Positions 48,786 to 58,137 of a DNA stretch of 64,000 bases are shown here, one piece after another. Position numbers and translations under genes: made by a program. This DNA is from an uncultured delta proteobacterium (GTDB lineage: Bacteria > Myxococcota_A > Polyangia > Polyangiales > B10-G4). Each line of letters begins with the position of its first letter. The stretch's first letter is position 1. The stretch lies in contig CAVSGI010000009.1 of the NCBI GenBank assembly GCA_963727445.1, forward strand, positions 288,001-352,000, read 5' to 3'. The notes under the pieces are model-generated. The model did not search any database, was not told the origin of the DNA, and was given only the letters and a program-made list of their open reading frames with translations.

Positions 48786-50213
48786 TCAGCTGCGGCGGTG
48801 TCGTCGTCCGATGAAGACGACGGCGAGGAGCAGCGGCGCGAAGCCCGCCGCGCCCGGCCCGCCCGCGGCGCTGCAGCCACCGACGACACCGCCTGCGCCC
48901 GGATGTCCGGGCCCGGGGTCGGGGCTCGTCGGATCGGAGCCAGGCCCGGGGTCGGTGCCGGGGTCGGTGCCGGGGTCGGTGCCGCTACCCATGAACCTGT
49001 CGTCGACCGTCACGACAATCTCCATGTCGGGCGGCGCAGCGCCCACCTCACTGAAGTAGCCGACGCCCTCCTCGACGATGTTGAACGCCTGGCGGTACTC
49101 GCCGGTGATCGCCGGCGCGCGTATGGTGAAGCCGAAGCGCCCGACCTCCCCGGGACCGATCGCCGTCTCCACCGACGCGGCGCGACTCGGCGACGTCCAA
49201 TCGGGTCCGTAGAGCGCGCTGTCGCCGTCCATCGGAAGCACGGTGCCGAGGAAGGTGAAGCCAGGCGTCCAGGTCTCGGTGCCGGTGTTGCGCAGCTCGA
49301 AGTAACCGTACTGCTCTTCGCCCGGTCCGAGATCGAAGGGCGCGCCCGCGCGCGGAAAGCTCTGACCGACGAACTCGGCCGCGTACGTGGTGCCGGTGGG
49401 CGTGCCGCCGGTGCCGCCGGTGCCGCCGCTCCCGCCGGAGCCGCCCGAGCCCGAACCCGAGCCGCCGGTGCCGCCGCTGCCGCCGCTCGTGTCTCCCCAG
49501 AACGACGCGCCCATCTCGTCGTAGACGTTCACGGCATAGCTGCGGTAGCGCGAGAGGCGCGAGCTCCAGCACGACGCGGTCGTGGAGCAGCCGTTGTAGT
49601 AGCGCGTGACGGTCTTGGCCCAGTCGTCGACGGCGGTGCTGTCGCTGCGGTCGACGCTGTTCATCCAGGCGATGGCCTCGGAGGCGTTCGAGACGCCGGA
49701 GACGAACTCGGAGCGGATGACCATGTCGATCACGAAGTCGACGGCGGCGTCGGTGTTGCCGGAGATGGTGAGGATGCGCTCGCCTTCGCGGGCGAGGGTG
49801 TCGTCGTAGGTGCCGGCGTCGAACTGGAACATCCCCAGGCCGCCCTGGTGCAGGGAGCAGGCGCCGTCGCCCGCGCCGGCCACGATGGGCCCGCCGCCGC
49901 AGTCGGGAGAGGTCGGTCCCTGGCAGGACCAGGTGAGCTCCGACCAGCAGTGGCTCATGTTGGTCTCGGCGTCGGCGATGCCGGCGAGGAGCCAGCCCTG
50001 GGTCATGCCCCGGGCGGCGGCCGCGTCCCGGATGTCGCCGGCGCGCGTGCGGCGCTCGGCGGCGCTCAGGGCCTCGGCGGACGCCCCGACCTCACCCTCG
50101 CCATCGACCTGGCCGAGGCAGCCCGAGAGGGCCACGAGGAGCCCCACGGCCGCCAGGGCGCAGCTGCTGAGTGGGGGGCGCGTTGGGGAGGGGGCGGGGA
50201 ACGACGACCGCAT
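48786..50213 (-). CDS. Surface protein: lysozyme-like N-domain, Gly/Ser linker, NBR1-like Ig domain, MYXO-CTERM sorting signal
   Basis: GIADAET...GLGMFQFD; LRNTGTETW...IGPGEVGRFGF; GGCSAAGG-hydrophobic-RRHRRS tail. Confidence 0.75.
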   Translation of the reverse strand: MRSSFPAPSPTRPPLSSCALAAVGLLVALSGCLGQVDGEGEVGASAEALSAAERRTRAGDIRDAAAARGMTQGWLLAGIADAETNMSHCWSELTWSCQGPTSPDCGGGPIVAGAGDGACSLHQGGLGMFQFDAGTYDDTLAREGERILTISGNTDAAVDFVIDMVIRSEFVSGVSNASEAIAWMNSVDRSDSTAVDDWAKTVTRYYNGCSTTASCWSSRLSRYRSYAVNVYDEMGASFWGDTSGGSGGTGGSGSGSGGSGGSGGTGGTGGTPTGTTYAAEFVGQSFPRAGAPFDLGPGEEQYGYFELRNTGTETWTPGFTFLGTVLPMDGDSALYGPDWTSPSRAASVETAIGPGEVGRFGFTIRAPAITGEYRQAFNIVEEGVGYFSEVGAAPPDMEIVVTVDDRFMGSGTDPGTDPGTDPGPGSDPTSPDPGPGHPGAGGVVGGCSAAGGPGAAGFAPLLLAVVFIGRRHRRS

Positions 50214-50228
50214 TGGGGGGAACATAGG

Positions 50229-50243
50229 GCAAGGGCCATGCCG
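50229..50243 (-). promoter_or_regulatory. Putative sigma54 promoter
   Basis: Minus strand CGGCAT-GGCCC-TTGC just upstream of the MYXO-CTERM gene; palindrome CACTGA-G-TCAGTG at 50273-50285. Confidence 0.5.
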
Positions 50244-50329
50244 GCCGTCAGCACCGAATTCTTCTACGATGTCACTGAGTCAGTGGTCATTGGAGTAACC
50301 ATCAACCAGGGTTTGATGGCCCCAGTGGC

Positions 50330-50881
50330 TTAGTACATGCGCCAGGGCCCGTTGCCCGAGGGGTTCCAGCTCATGTGCTGGGTGCCGACGAAGCTGTCGT
50401 CGTGACGCTCCTCGTGGAGGTCGGCGCCGGGGGTCGGGGGCGGCGGCCGTTCGCTCTCGGGGACGTCGGAGTGACGCCTCGGCCGGGCCACCAGCACCGA
50501 GCAGGTCGCGTGGTGAATGAGGTGGGTCGCGACCGAGCCGAGGCTCTTCAGGCCCTTTTCGTCCTTGGTGCCGACGATGAGCAGATCGGCGTGATAGTCG
50601 GCGGCGAGCTGCTCGAGGGCGACGCCCGGATCGCCGAAGCGGACGTGGATGGAGATGTTGGCCGCGGTCAGCCCCAGCACCTCCATCCCGACGTTGGCGA
50701 TCCGCTCCCAGAGCTGGTGGCTCGCCGCGCTGAACTCGGCGTCGAGCTCGCCCGTCTTCTTGCTCTCGTCGAGCACGTGACAGATGTGGAGGTGAGCGTT
50801 CGATCCGCGCCGCAGCGCCTCCAGAATCGCGAGACGGCCCGGCGCACCGAAGTCGTCTCCGACGACGATCTGAATGGTCAT
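50330..50881 (-). CDS. Universal stress protein family
   Basis: IVVGDDF, LHICHV, GDP, ADLLIVGT...LGSVATHLIHHATCSVLVAR. Confidence 0.9.
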   Translation of the reverse strand: MTIQIVVGDDFGAPGRLAILEALRRGSNAHLHICHVLDESKKTGELDAEFSAASHQLWERIANVGMEVLGLTAANISIHVRFGDPGVALEQLAADYHADLLIVGTKDEKGLKSLGSVATHLIHHATCSVLVARPRRHSDVPESERPPPPTPGADLHEERHDDSFVGTQHMSWNPSGNGPWRMY

Positions 50882-51047
50882 GGGCGAAGAGTACACCAGG
50901 GCAGCGCGGGGGTGTCATCCCGTCTTGATGCCAGGGACGGCGTTCGGTCTCTCGGTCTTGCGAAGTCGGAGGTGCTGCATACGAGAGCAATGCGCGAGGG
51001 CGGGGCGGGGACCGGGCATGCTGGGGACGGCGCATGAGCTCCTCGTT

Positions 51048-51463
51048 CACGCGGACCGAGGTTCGACTCATCGCCCGTTGCCTGCGAGAGCGGTCCGCCC
51101 ACGCGGACCGAGGTTCGACTCATCGCCCGTTGCCTGCGAGAGCGGTCCGCCCACGCGGACCGAGGTCCGACTCATCGCCCGTTGCCTGCGAGAGCGGTCC
51201 GCCCGCGCGGACCGAGGTTCGACTCATCGCCCGTTGCCTGCGAGAGCGGTCCGCCCACGCGGACCGAGGTTCGACTCATCGCCCGTTGCCTGCGAGAGCG
51301 GTCCGCCCAAGCGGACCGAGGTCCGACTCATCGCCCGTTGCCTGCGAGAGCGGTCCGCCCGCGCGGACCGAGGTTCGACTCATCGCCCGTTGCCTGCGAG
51401 AGCGGTCCGCCCACGCGGACCGAGGTTCGACTCATCGCCCGTTGCCTGCGAGAGCGGTCCGCC
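51048..51463. repeat. Tandem array of 8 x 52-bp hairpin-forming units (no spacers)
   Basis: Unit CACGCGGACCGAGGTTCGACTCATCGCCCGTTGCCTGCGAGAGCGGTCCGCC starting at 51048, 51100, 51152, 51204, 51256, 51308, 51360, 51412. Confidence 0.97.
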
Positions 51464-51717
51464 CCCGAGAGCGCGCTCGCGGACCACGTGCTCGTCGCCA
51501 TCGCGGCGGAGATGAACCTCTCCGAGACCGCGTTCCTCTGGCGCGAGGGCGAAAGCCACCGACTGCGCTGGTTCACGCCGGCGGTCGAGGCCGCCCCTCC
51601 CTCGCCGGCCGGCAGCTCTCCGCCCGAGGTGGCACGGTTCAGGTCCGCGTCGCGGGGGAGCGCGTGAAGCTGGGAGGTGGTGCGGTCACGGTGTTGGAAG
51701 GCGTGTTGCGGATCTAG
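51464..51717 (+). pseudogene. PhzF family pseudogene (start lost, large internal deletion)
   Basis: IAAEMNLSETAFL...LRWFTPAVE joined near 51590, out of frame, to the C-terminal RQLSARGG...RVKLGGGAVTVLEGVLRI*. Confidence 0.85.
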
Positions 51718-51778
51718 ACGCGGTCACCCTTCGCCGGAAGTGTCGCAGCCGTCCGCGAAAGGGCGGAGGATTCATCCC

Positions 51779-52761
51779 TCACATGAAAAGGCAGACGCGT
51801 GGCGAAGCGCCCGTGTCGCAGCTTGTGCCGGGACAGTCGTCATCGCTGAGGCAGAACACCGTGCAGCGATTGGTCGTAGAGCCGAACATACGACAGACGC
51901 CATCGTTGACGCTGTCGCGCCCACACATCGCGTCGCCGGCGGCGTCGAGGGTCATGCAGTCGAGGTTGCGGAGAAGTCCGTCTGCGCTTCACAGGTCGAT
52001 CGGGCCAAGGTGCAGAACGTCGACTCCATCCCATCCACGCTGGTCGTCATGTCCGCCGAGACATAGGGCGGCAGCGTCGTGCAATCGCCCCCCGGCGCGC
52101 CCATGCCCGAGGCGTCCTGGCGCCATGCGCAGTGGTTGCCGACGTCGACGGGGTCGGCGGCGGTGGTGGTCGGGTCGTCGTAGGTCCAGGGGATGCAGAG
52201 CATGCCCATCATGCATTCTTCGTCAGCGACGCAGTCGCCGCACGCACCGACGGACGCGGCGGTGTAGCTACGGCAGCTGTTCATGGGAAGGTCACAGCCC
52301 TCCATGGCGCCGCAGGTGCTGTTGTCGACGCACTCCACACAACTGCCCGTGCTGTCCCCGCTCAGCGCGCACACTTCGGTTCCCGTCCGTCCCATGCAGG
52401 CCGCGTCCGCATCGCACGGGCCACAGGTGCCGGCGGTGGTGTCGCACTGTGGCGCGTCGAGCTCCGTGCAGTCGGAATCCATCAAGCACGCGACGCAGTC
52501 GCCGGTCGTCTCGTTGCAATAGGGCGTCGGCGCCGTGCACTCCATCCCGCAGGGCCCGGCGTCCACGGCCGTGTCGGCGTCGGCGCCTGCGTCCCCGGGA
52601 GCGTCGCTGCCCGAATCCACCGGCCCCGCGTCGACGCGGACGCAGCTGTCGCCTTCGAGGACGAAGCCCGGCCCGCAGAGGGGCTCTTCGTCGGGGCAGC
52701 CCGAGAGGAGCACGAGGAGGAGAGAAGAGGCGAGAGTGAGAATGGGTCGATGGGTGATCAG
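51779..52761 (-). CDS. Cys-rich lipoprotein, frameshifted near 51970, start possibly CTG
   Basis: LSGC lipobox, CVACLxDSDC repeats; Cys-rich reading continues in another frame to TGA at 51779. Confidence 0.7.
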
Positions 52762-53768
52762 AAAGTCCCCGTGAGATGAAGCGCTGCGCCGGCGGCTTCA
52801 CCGTCGCTGTCGGTCAAAGGTTGCACGATTAGAACTACACCACCCGCGGCGAGCAGGGCTACGGACACGACGGTGAGTGCGATGGCTGCGGCGCCGAAGT
52901 GGATCTGCTGGCCCGGCTCTCCACCACCCGCGGCTGGGGGCTGAGTCACCTCGCCGGAGCGCGCGGCGGCTTGGATCGGACCCACGCCGAGAGTCACGAG
53001 GCCTCCCAAAATCAGCGCGCCGCCGACGACGACGTCCAGCAAGGGAAAGTGGGAGTCGTGCGTGGCTGGGTTCGATCCCACACCTTCGCCTGCGCCTCCT
53101 TCCCCATCCCCGAGATCCGCGTCGAGCGTGACGGCCTCTTCTTCCAGCTCGACGTCCCACGACTCGCTCCGTCCATGCAGGCGCACCTCCACCTCGTGCT
53201 GCCCCGCTTCGAAGGTGCCGACGAATGGGGTCACGCCGACCTCGGTGCCGTCCAACATCACCAGCGCGCCTTCGGGCTCGCTGCCCACCCGGAGCTCGAC
53301 GCCACCGCCCATCGTGCGACGGCGCGCCGCCGCCACCACCGCGTTCGTCGCCGCGCTGGCCACGCCGGCGTCGCCCACGTCTGCGTCCGCTTCGTGGGTC
53401 TCGCCGGTCGGCTCGACCAGGGTCACGGCGACCGAGGCGGCGCGCCCGTCATCCCCGGGCCAGACGGCGACCACCAACACGGCGTCGATGCCCGATTCGC
53501 GCGCCAGGCGGGCGGCGCAGTCGACCTCGAGACAGTCGGCCAGCGCTTCTTCACCGTCCGGCAGCCGATGCATCAGCGCGCCGACCGGCTCGAACTGCGC
53601 GCTCGGGCCGAGCACGCGCGCGCTCTGCACTGCGGTGAAGGCGGCCATCCGCTCGGACGAGTCGACGCGCGAGTCCCGCTCGACGGGGAGCACGGTGAAG
53701 ACCTGCGCCTCTGCGCCGAGAGGCGAGAGCAGCGCGAGCACGAAGGCCGTCGTGACGAGCATCCTCAA
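52758..53768 (-). CDS. PEGA domain protein
   Basis: VGSEPEGALVMLDG...GVTPF...GQHEVEV; TM C-terminus ending LTGTF. Confidence 0.85.
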   Translation of the reverse strand: MRMLVTTAFVLALLSPLGAEAQVFTVLPVERDSRVDSSERMAAFTAVQSARVLGPSAQFEPVGALMHRLPDGEEALADCLEVDCAARLARESGIDAVLVVAVWPGDDGRAASVAVTLVEPTGETHEADADVGDAGVASAATNAVVAAARRRTMGGGVELRVGSEPEGALVMLDGTEVGVTPFVGTFEAGQHEVEVRLHGRSESWDVELEEEAVTLDADLGDGEGGAGEGVGSNPATHDSHFPLLDVVVGGALILGGLVTLGVGPIQAAARSGEVTQPPAAGGGEPGQQIHFGAAAIALTVVSVALLAAGGVVLIVQPLTDSDGEAAGAALHLTGTF

Positions 53769-55552
53769 AGCGTTCCTCCGATGATGAGACCCGCGCCGTT
53801 CGGACCCACGGACGGCAACACGCTCAGGTCATTCGGTCGCGCATCCTCACCCGAATCGAAGATCAGCGCCACAATCGGGAGGGCGAGCAGAGGAACGCTC
53901 ATCGTCAGGACGAGCGGGGCCAGCGGCACGGTGCGATTCCGCTCGGAGCACATCGGATCCGCGCATTTGCCTTCTTGGGTCCAGAGTCCGATCCCGACCG
54001 CCGCCGCCGCGACGCCCACGCCGCCGATCACCCAGTGCCACCACTCGGGGCCACCGTCACCCACGAGGAAGGGAAGGGCCGCGGTGGTGAGGACGGCGCC
54101 GCCGACCCCGAGGAGCGCGACGGGCGCCACCATCTCGTCCCGGCGATCGAGGCGGAGCTGGTAGTCGGGATCGGTCGGCTGCGCGACGTTCACCAGTCCG
54201 TCGCGATGAAACCACTCCCCCTGCAGGCCCCAGCCGACGCCGTAGCTCACGACGCCCACGCCGCCGAGCACCCAGCCGAGCCAGGCGAGGTCGTTCGTCG
54301 CTTCCGGCGCTCCATCGTCGCTCGGCGGCGGCTCGATGTCGCGGCCCATCGCCGAGGTGGCCTGGCGCGGGGCTGGCGGCGACCAGGCGGCGATCTCGAT
54401 GTCCTCGTCGTGGGTCGCGTCCACCGATCGCCGCTGGAGCAGCGCCACCATTCCGCGCTGCACCGAGGACGGCGAAGCGCCAGAGGCGCTCATGGCGATC
54501 TTCGCTGAGGCGAGGACCCGGGGCGGCTCCCCCACGCGGATCCAATCGACCCGCGCGACCTCCGGGTCCTCGGCGCTGACCAGGAGAAGGTCGGTCGCGC
54601 CGAGGATCTCCGCGACCGCCACGCCGTCCGCCATCCGGTGCGCGTACTCGGCCTGGGCGTCCTCGTACTCGAGGCGCACGTCACCCGCGGTGCTGCGAAG
54701 GGTGCGATCGAATCGCGAGTCGATGACCAGCTCGCGCGGCTCGGCCGCGAGGATGAAGCGGTGCACCCGCCCGGGCCGGCCGCTCTCGCACTCGACCTGG
54801 ATGCGGTACTCGCCGGTCGGGAGCTGCTCGCGCGTGAAGGGCGTCGTCCCGAGGCGCCGCCCGTTCATGTAGACATCGCAGCCCGGCGGACGGCTCTCCA
54901 CGTGCAGCGAGCCGTGCGGGCCCGATTCGATGCGCTCCACCGCGCGCTGGTAGAGGCGCCGCACGGCGGGCGGGTGCTCCGAGGCGGACGGCTGCATGTC
55001 GGGCACGAGGCGCGCGCATTCGATCGCCTGATTCAACGCGCCCTCCTCGTCGCCGGCGTCGGACAGAGCGCGCACGAGGTAGAGGCAGGAGTTCAGGACG
55101 CGGCGCGCCGAGCGCGACTCGCGGTTGAGCGCCTCGATCGCGCCCTGGGCGCGCTCGAGGATCGACTCGATGGCGCGGCGCGCCTGCCGGCGCCGCCCGA
55201 AGGCCACGTGCTCGAGGGCGGCTTCGCTCTCGCGCGCGAGGGCGTCGAAGTCGTCCTGCGACGCGGCGGCGGGCTCCGAAGAGTGACGCTGGCGCAGCAG
55301 CTCTGCCATCTGGGCGGCGGAGATGACGGTGAGCTGCGAGGACGCGGCGCGCTCGATCGCCTCAGCGGTTGCGGCGAAGCCAGGCGGCTCGGCCCCGGCG
55401 AGGGTGCGCACCACGACGGCGCGCTCCTGCGCGGCGGCGGACGCTGCCGGCGTGGTGGCCGCGAACGCCACACAGCCGATCGCCAAGAAAGCCCACAGCT
55501 TTTCCAACCGCCTCGTCCTCCCCTTTTGCGGATGCCAGCGGGAAGCTGCCAA
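53765..55552 (-). CDS. PEGA domain protein with multi-TM C-terminus (start uncertain)
   Basis: LHVESRPPGCDVYMNGRRLGTTPF...GEYRIQV. Confidence 0.85.
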   Translation of the reverse strand: MAASRWHPQKGRTRRLEKLWAFLAIGCVAFAATTPAASAAAQERAVVVRTLAGAEPPGFAATAEAIERAASSQLTVISAAQMAELLRQRHSSEPAAASQDDFDALARESEAALEHVAFGRRRQARRAIESILERAQGAIEALNRESRSARRVLNSCLYLVRALSDAGDEEGALNQAIECARLVPDMQPSASEHPPAVRRLYQRAVERIESGPHGSLHVESRPPGCDVYMNGRRLGTTPFTREQLPTGEYRIQVECESGRPGRVHRFILAAEPRELVIDSRFDRTLRSTAGDVRLEYEDAQAEYAHRMADGVAVAEILGATDLLLVSAEDPEVARVDWIRVGEPPRVLASAKIAMSASGASPSSVQRGMVALLQRRSVDATHDEDIEIAAWSPPAPRQATSAMGRDIEPPPSDDGAPEATNDLAWLGWVLGGVGVVSYGVGWGLQGEWFHRDGLVNVAQPTDPDYQLRLDRRDEMVAPVALLGVGGAVLTTAALPFLVGDGGPEWWHWVIGGVGVAAAAVGIGLWTQEGKCADPMCSERNRTVPLAPLVLTMSVPLLALPIVALIFDSGEDARPNDLSVLPSVGPNGAGLIIGGTL

Positions 55553-55683
55553 AGGGCCCGACCCGTTTCAACCATTGTCGTGACGAGGCGTGACGAGTTG
55601 CGCTCTTCGGGGGCCACCCTCCGGGGTGACAGACGGGTGTTCAGGTATTGGCGCCCCGGTCCCTGTCGGTAATCTCGCCCGTC

Positions 55684-57228
55684 ATGCGGCTCGCTTCAGG
55701 CTTCGTGCTCCTATCCCTCTTCGCCATGGCCTGCGGCGACGAGAGCTGTCCAGAAGGCACCGTCGACTTCGGGGAAGGCTGCGTCCCAGTGGACGCCTCG
55801 GTGGACAGTGGAGACGCGACGGCCGACGCAGGCGACTCCGGCGTCTTCGACGGGTGCGCGATGAACCCCGAGGAGTGCAACGGCCTCGACGACGACTGCG
55901 ACGGAATGCTCGACGAGGGACTCGACGCGAACGCGTACTACACCGACGCGGACGGAGACACGTTCGGCGACGACACGACGATGGTGACGGCCTGCGCCGC
56001 CCCGCCCATGCTCGTCGAATCCGGCGGCGACTGCGACGACACGAACGACGCGATCCATCCCGACGCGACGGAGACATGCGACGACGTCGATCAGGATTGC
56101 GACGGCGCGGTGGATGAAGGGCTGCTGGGGCCGGTGGGGGCGCCGGTGTCGTTGGGGGCGATCGCCCTCGTGCCCGGAAGCGACAACGATGTTGACATCG
56201 CGCCTACCTCGACGGGCTATGCGATGGTCTCTGTCTCCGCATCGAACACGATCGTCCTCCAATCCCTGGACAGCCATGGGATGAGAGTCTCGGGTTCGGC
56301 AGTGACGGTAGACGATGTCGGAACCGACCTGCGCGATCCAACGGTCGTTATCCAAAGCCCCGGCGGGATCGAATCCGCCGTGGTTGGCTGGCAAGCCGAC
56401 GTGGCTGCCTACGCAGCCTCTGTCGCTCTCGACGGGAGCAGCAGCACGAGCCGTCAACGGGTGGCGGACTCGGGGAGCTTCCCGGCCCTTGTCTCCTCAG
56501 GGGAAGCGGTTGTGATGGCGTACTACGTTCCGGGTTTGGCCGTAGCTGCTCGCGCAATCAACCCGGCTTCGGGTGCCGCGCTCGGGGCCGAATCCCATCT
56601 GCACGACTTCGCCGTGGATCCATCCTTCCTGCTCATAGGAAAGTTCTACGCCGGGACGGCCTTTCCGTCGGCGTTGCTCATGGGTTTTGCCGAAGCGCCG
56701 TCGGACGGCGTGCCGTATGCCGGCTATTTGAGCGCTCACACGACGGATGGCAGCCCAACGCGTATCGGTGACGTCGTCTCCGTCGCTCCCGAGCCCGGCC
56801 GGCAGGTCGGATACGTTCTTCCTGCGGCGACCGCCGACGGTCGAGCAGCAGTGCTGGCGGCAAGTGCGGACGCCTCCGGTATTTCCGTATCGGTCGCCGA
56901 AGTCACCGTCTCGGACAGTACGTCTCCAGTCGTCGGCACATTCCACGATATTGGGCCTGGCCCCCAGCCATATGCAGTCGCATCTGCGGGTCGGAACCTC
57001 CACGTGCTGTTTCATCGCCGGAGCGCTTTTGACCTGGCGTACGGCGAGGTAGCGATCGATGGTTCGTTGGGTACCAGCCGTACCACGCTTGCTGTGCCTA
57101 CTGGTGACTTCTTGTCGTCGACGGCGATCGCCATGCGAACCGAGACTGAAGGCGCGCTCCTCTACGCCGTCGTGCCGACGGGCGGCACCAACGCCGACCT
57201 GTACTTCCAACGCATCGCCTGCGAATAG
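55684..57228 (+). CDS. Lipoprotein with MopE-like metal-binding repeats and beta-rich C-terminal domain
   Basis: AMAC lipobox; PEECNGLDDDCDG, YTDADGDTFGD, GDCDD...IHPDATETCDDVDQDCDG. Confidence 0.85.
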   Translation: MRLASGFVLLSLFAMACGDESCPEGTVDFGEGCVPVDASVDSGDATADAGDSGVFDGCAMNPEECNGLDDDCDGMLDEGLDANAYYTDADGDTFGDDTTMVTACAAPPMLVESGGDCDDTNDAIHPDATETCDDVDQDCDGAVDEGLLGPVGAPVSLGAIALVPGSDNDVDIAPTSTGYAMVSVSASNTIVLQSLDSHGMRVSGSAVTVDDVGTDLRDPTVVIQSPGGIESAVVGWQADVAAYAASVALDGSSSTSRQRVADSGSFPALVSSGEAVVMAYYVPGLAVAARAINPASGAALGAESHLHDFAVDPSFLLIGKFYAGTAFPSALLMGFAEAPSDGVPYAGYLSAHTTDGSPTRIGDVVSVAPEPGRQVGYVLPAATADGRAAVLAASADASGISVSVAEVTVSDSTSPVVGTFHDIGPGPQPYAVASAGRNLHVLFHRRSAFDLAYGEVAIDGSLGTSRTTLAVPTGDFLSSTAIAMRTETEGALLYAVVPTGGTNADLYFQRIACE

Positions 57229-57349
57229 CCGCCCGCCTGGGCGTGCCAGCCTGGCGATCGTTTCTGCGGACTGTCGTCCGCACAGGGTGCCTTTTCCTCA
57301 TTCGCATGGGGTCCTCGACTGAGGCCCATCACTTGCAAAGTAGCCGCAT

Positions 57350-58127
57350 ATGCGCGCCGCCTCCGTCCTGGTCGCCCTCCTCTTCGTCGCCGGATGCGCC
57401 CCGGGCACGGTCGAAGGGCTCCCCAATGCGAACGGCTACTCGGACGCGGCGCCCGACTACGTCGACGACGCCGGCACCTTCGACGACGCGGGCGTCCTGC
57501 CCCCGGACGGATTCGACGATTCGTTCATCGCCGACGGGCCCGAAGCGAGCGAGCTCGTCGCCGAGGAGGAGCCCGCCGACGCGCCGGTCGAGCGGCCGCG
57601 CGGCCTGGTGCCCTTCGACGGGTACCGCCTTCCCTTTCGCTGCGGCAAGACCGTCCGCGTGAGCCAGGGAAACAACACCGAGTTCAGCCACCAGGGCCGC
57701 TCGCGCTGGGCCTACGACTTCGCGGTCGCGCGCGGGACGGTGATCCGCGCGATGGCGCCCGGGCGCGTCATCGACGTGCACGGCAGCACGGGCCCCGGCA
57801 ATCCCTGCTACGACGGCGGCGGTCCCGAGTGCGCCGCGGAAGCGAACTACGTGCGCATCCGCCACTCGGACGGAAAAGGTGAGCGCCTACTGGCATCTGA
57901 ACCGGACGCTGGTGTCGCGCGGCGACCGGGTGGCGATGGGCGACCGCATCGGTAAGTCGGGGAACACCGGCTATTCGACCGGGCCTCACGTTCACGTCGA
58001 CCGCGAGGACAACTGCTCCAGCATCGGCTGTCAGACCCGGCGCCTCCGCTTCCTCGACGTCGGCGGGGACCACATGCCGGACACGGGCGATCGCGTCACC
58101 AGCGGGAACTGTCCCGGGATGCTCTGA
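57350..58127 (+). CDS. M23 family metallopeptidase lipoprotein, +1 frameshift at the A run near 57874-57877
   Basis: SHQGRSRWAYDF (H...D), NYVRIRH, then in the shifted frame YWHL...GKSGNTGYSTGPHVH. Confidence 0.88.
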
Positions 58128-58137
58128 AGCGCGCGCT

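Noticed and set aside
48940..48985. 12-bp tandem repeat (and 15-bp repeat near 9638-9682)
   Set aside because: In-frame low-complexity linkers (TDPG, QTVPS) within proteins; ordinary
51048..51463. CRISPR array
   Set aside because: Units are contiguous and near-identical with no unique spacers, and there are no cas genes in the window
50874..51717. ORFs running through the 52-bp array in all three frames
   Set aside because: By-product of a stop-free GC-rich repeat whose period is not a multiple of 3
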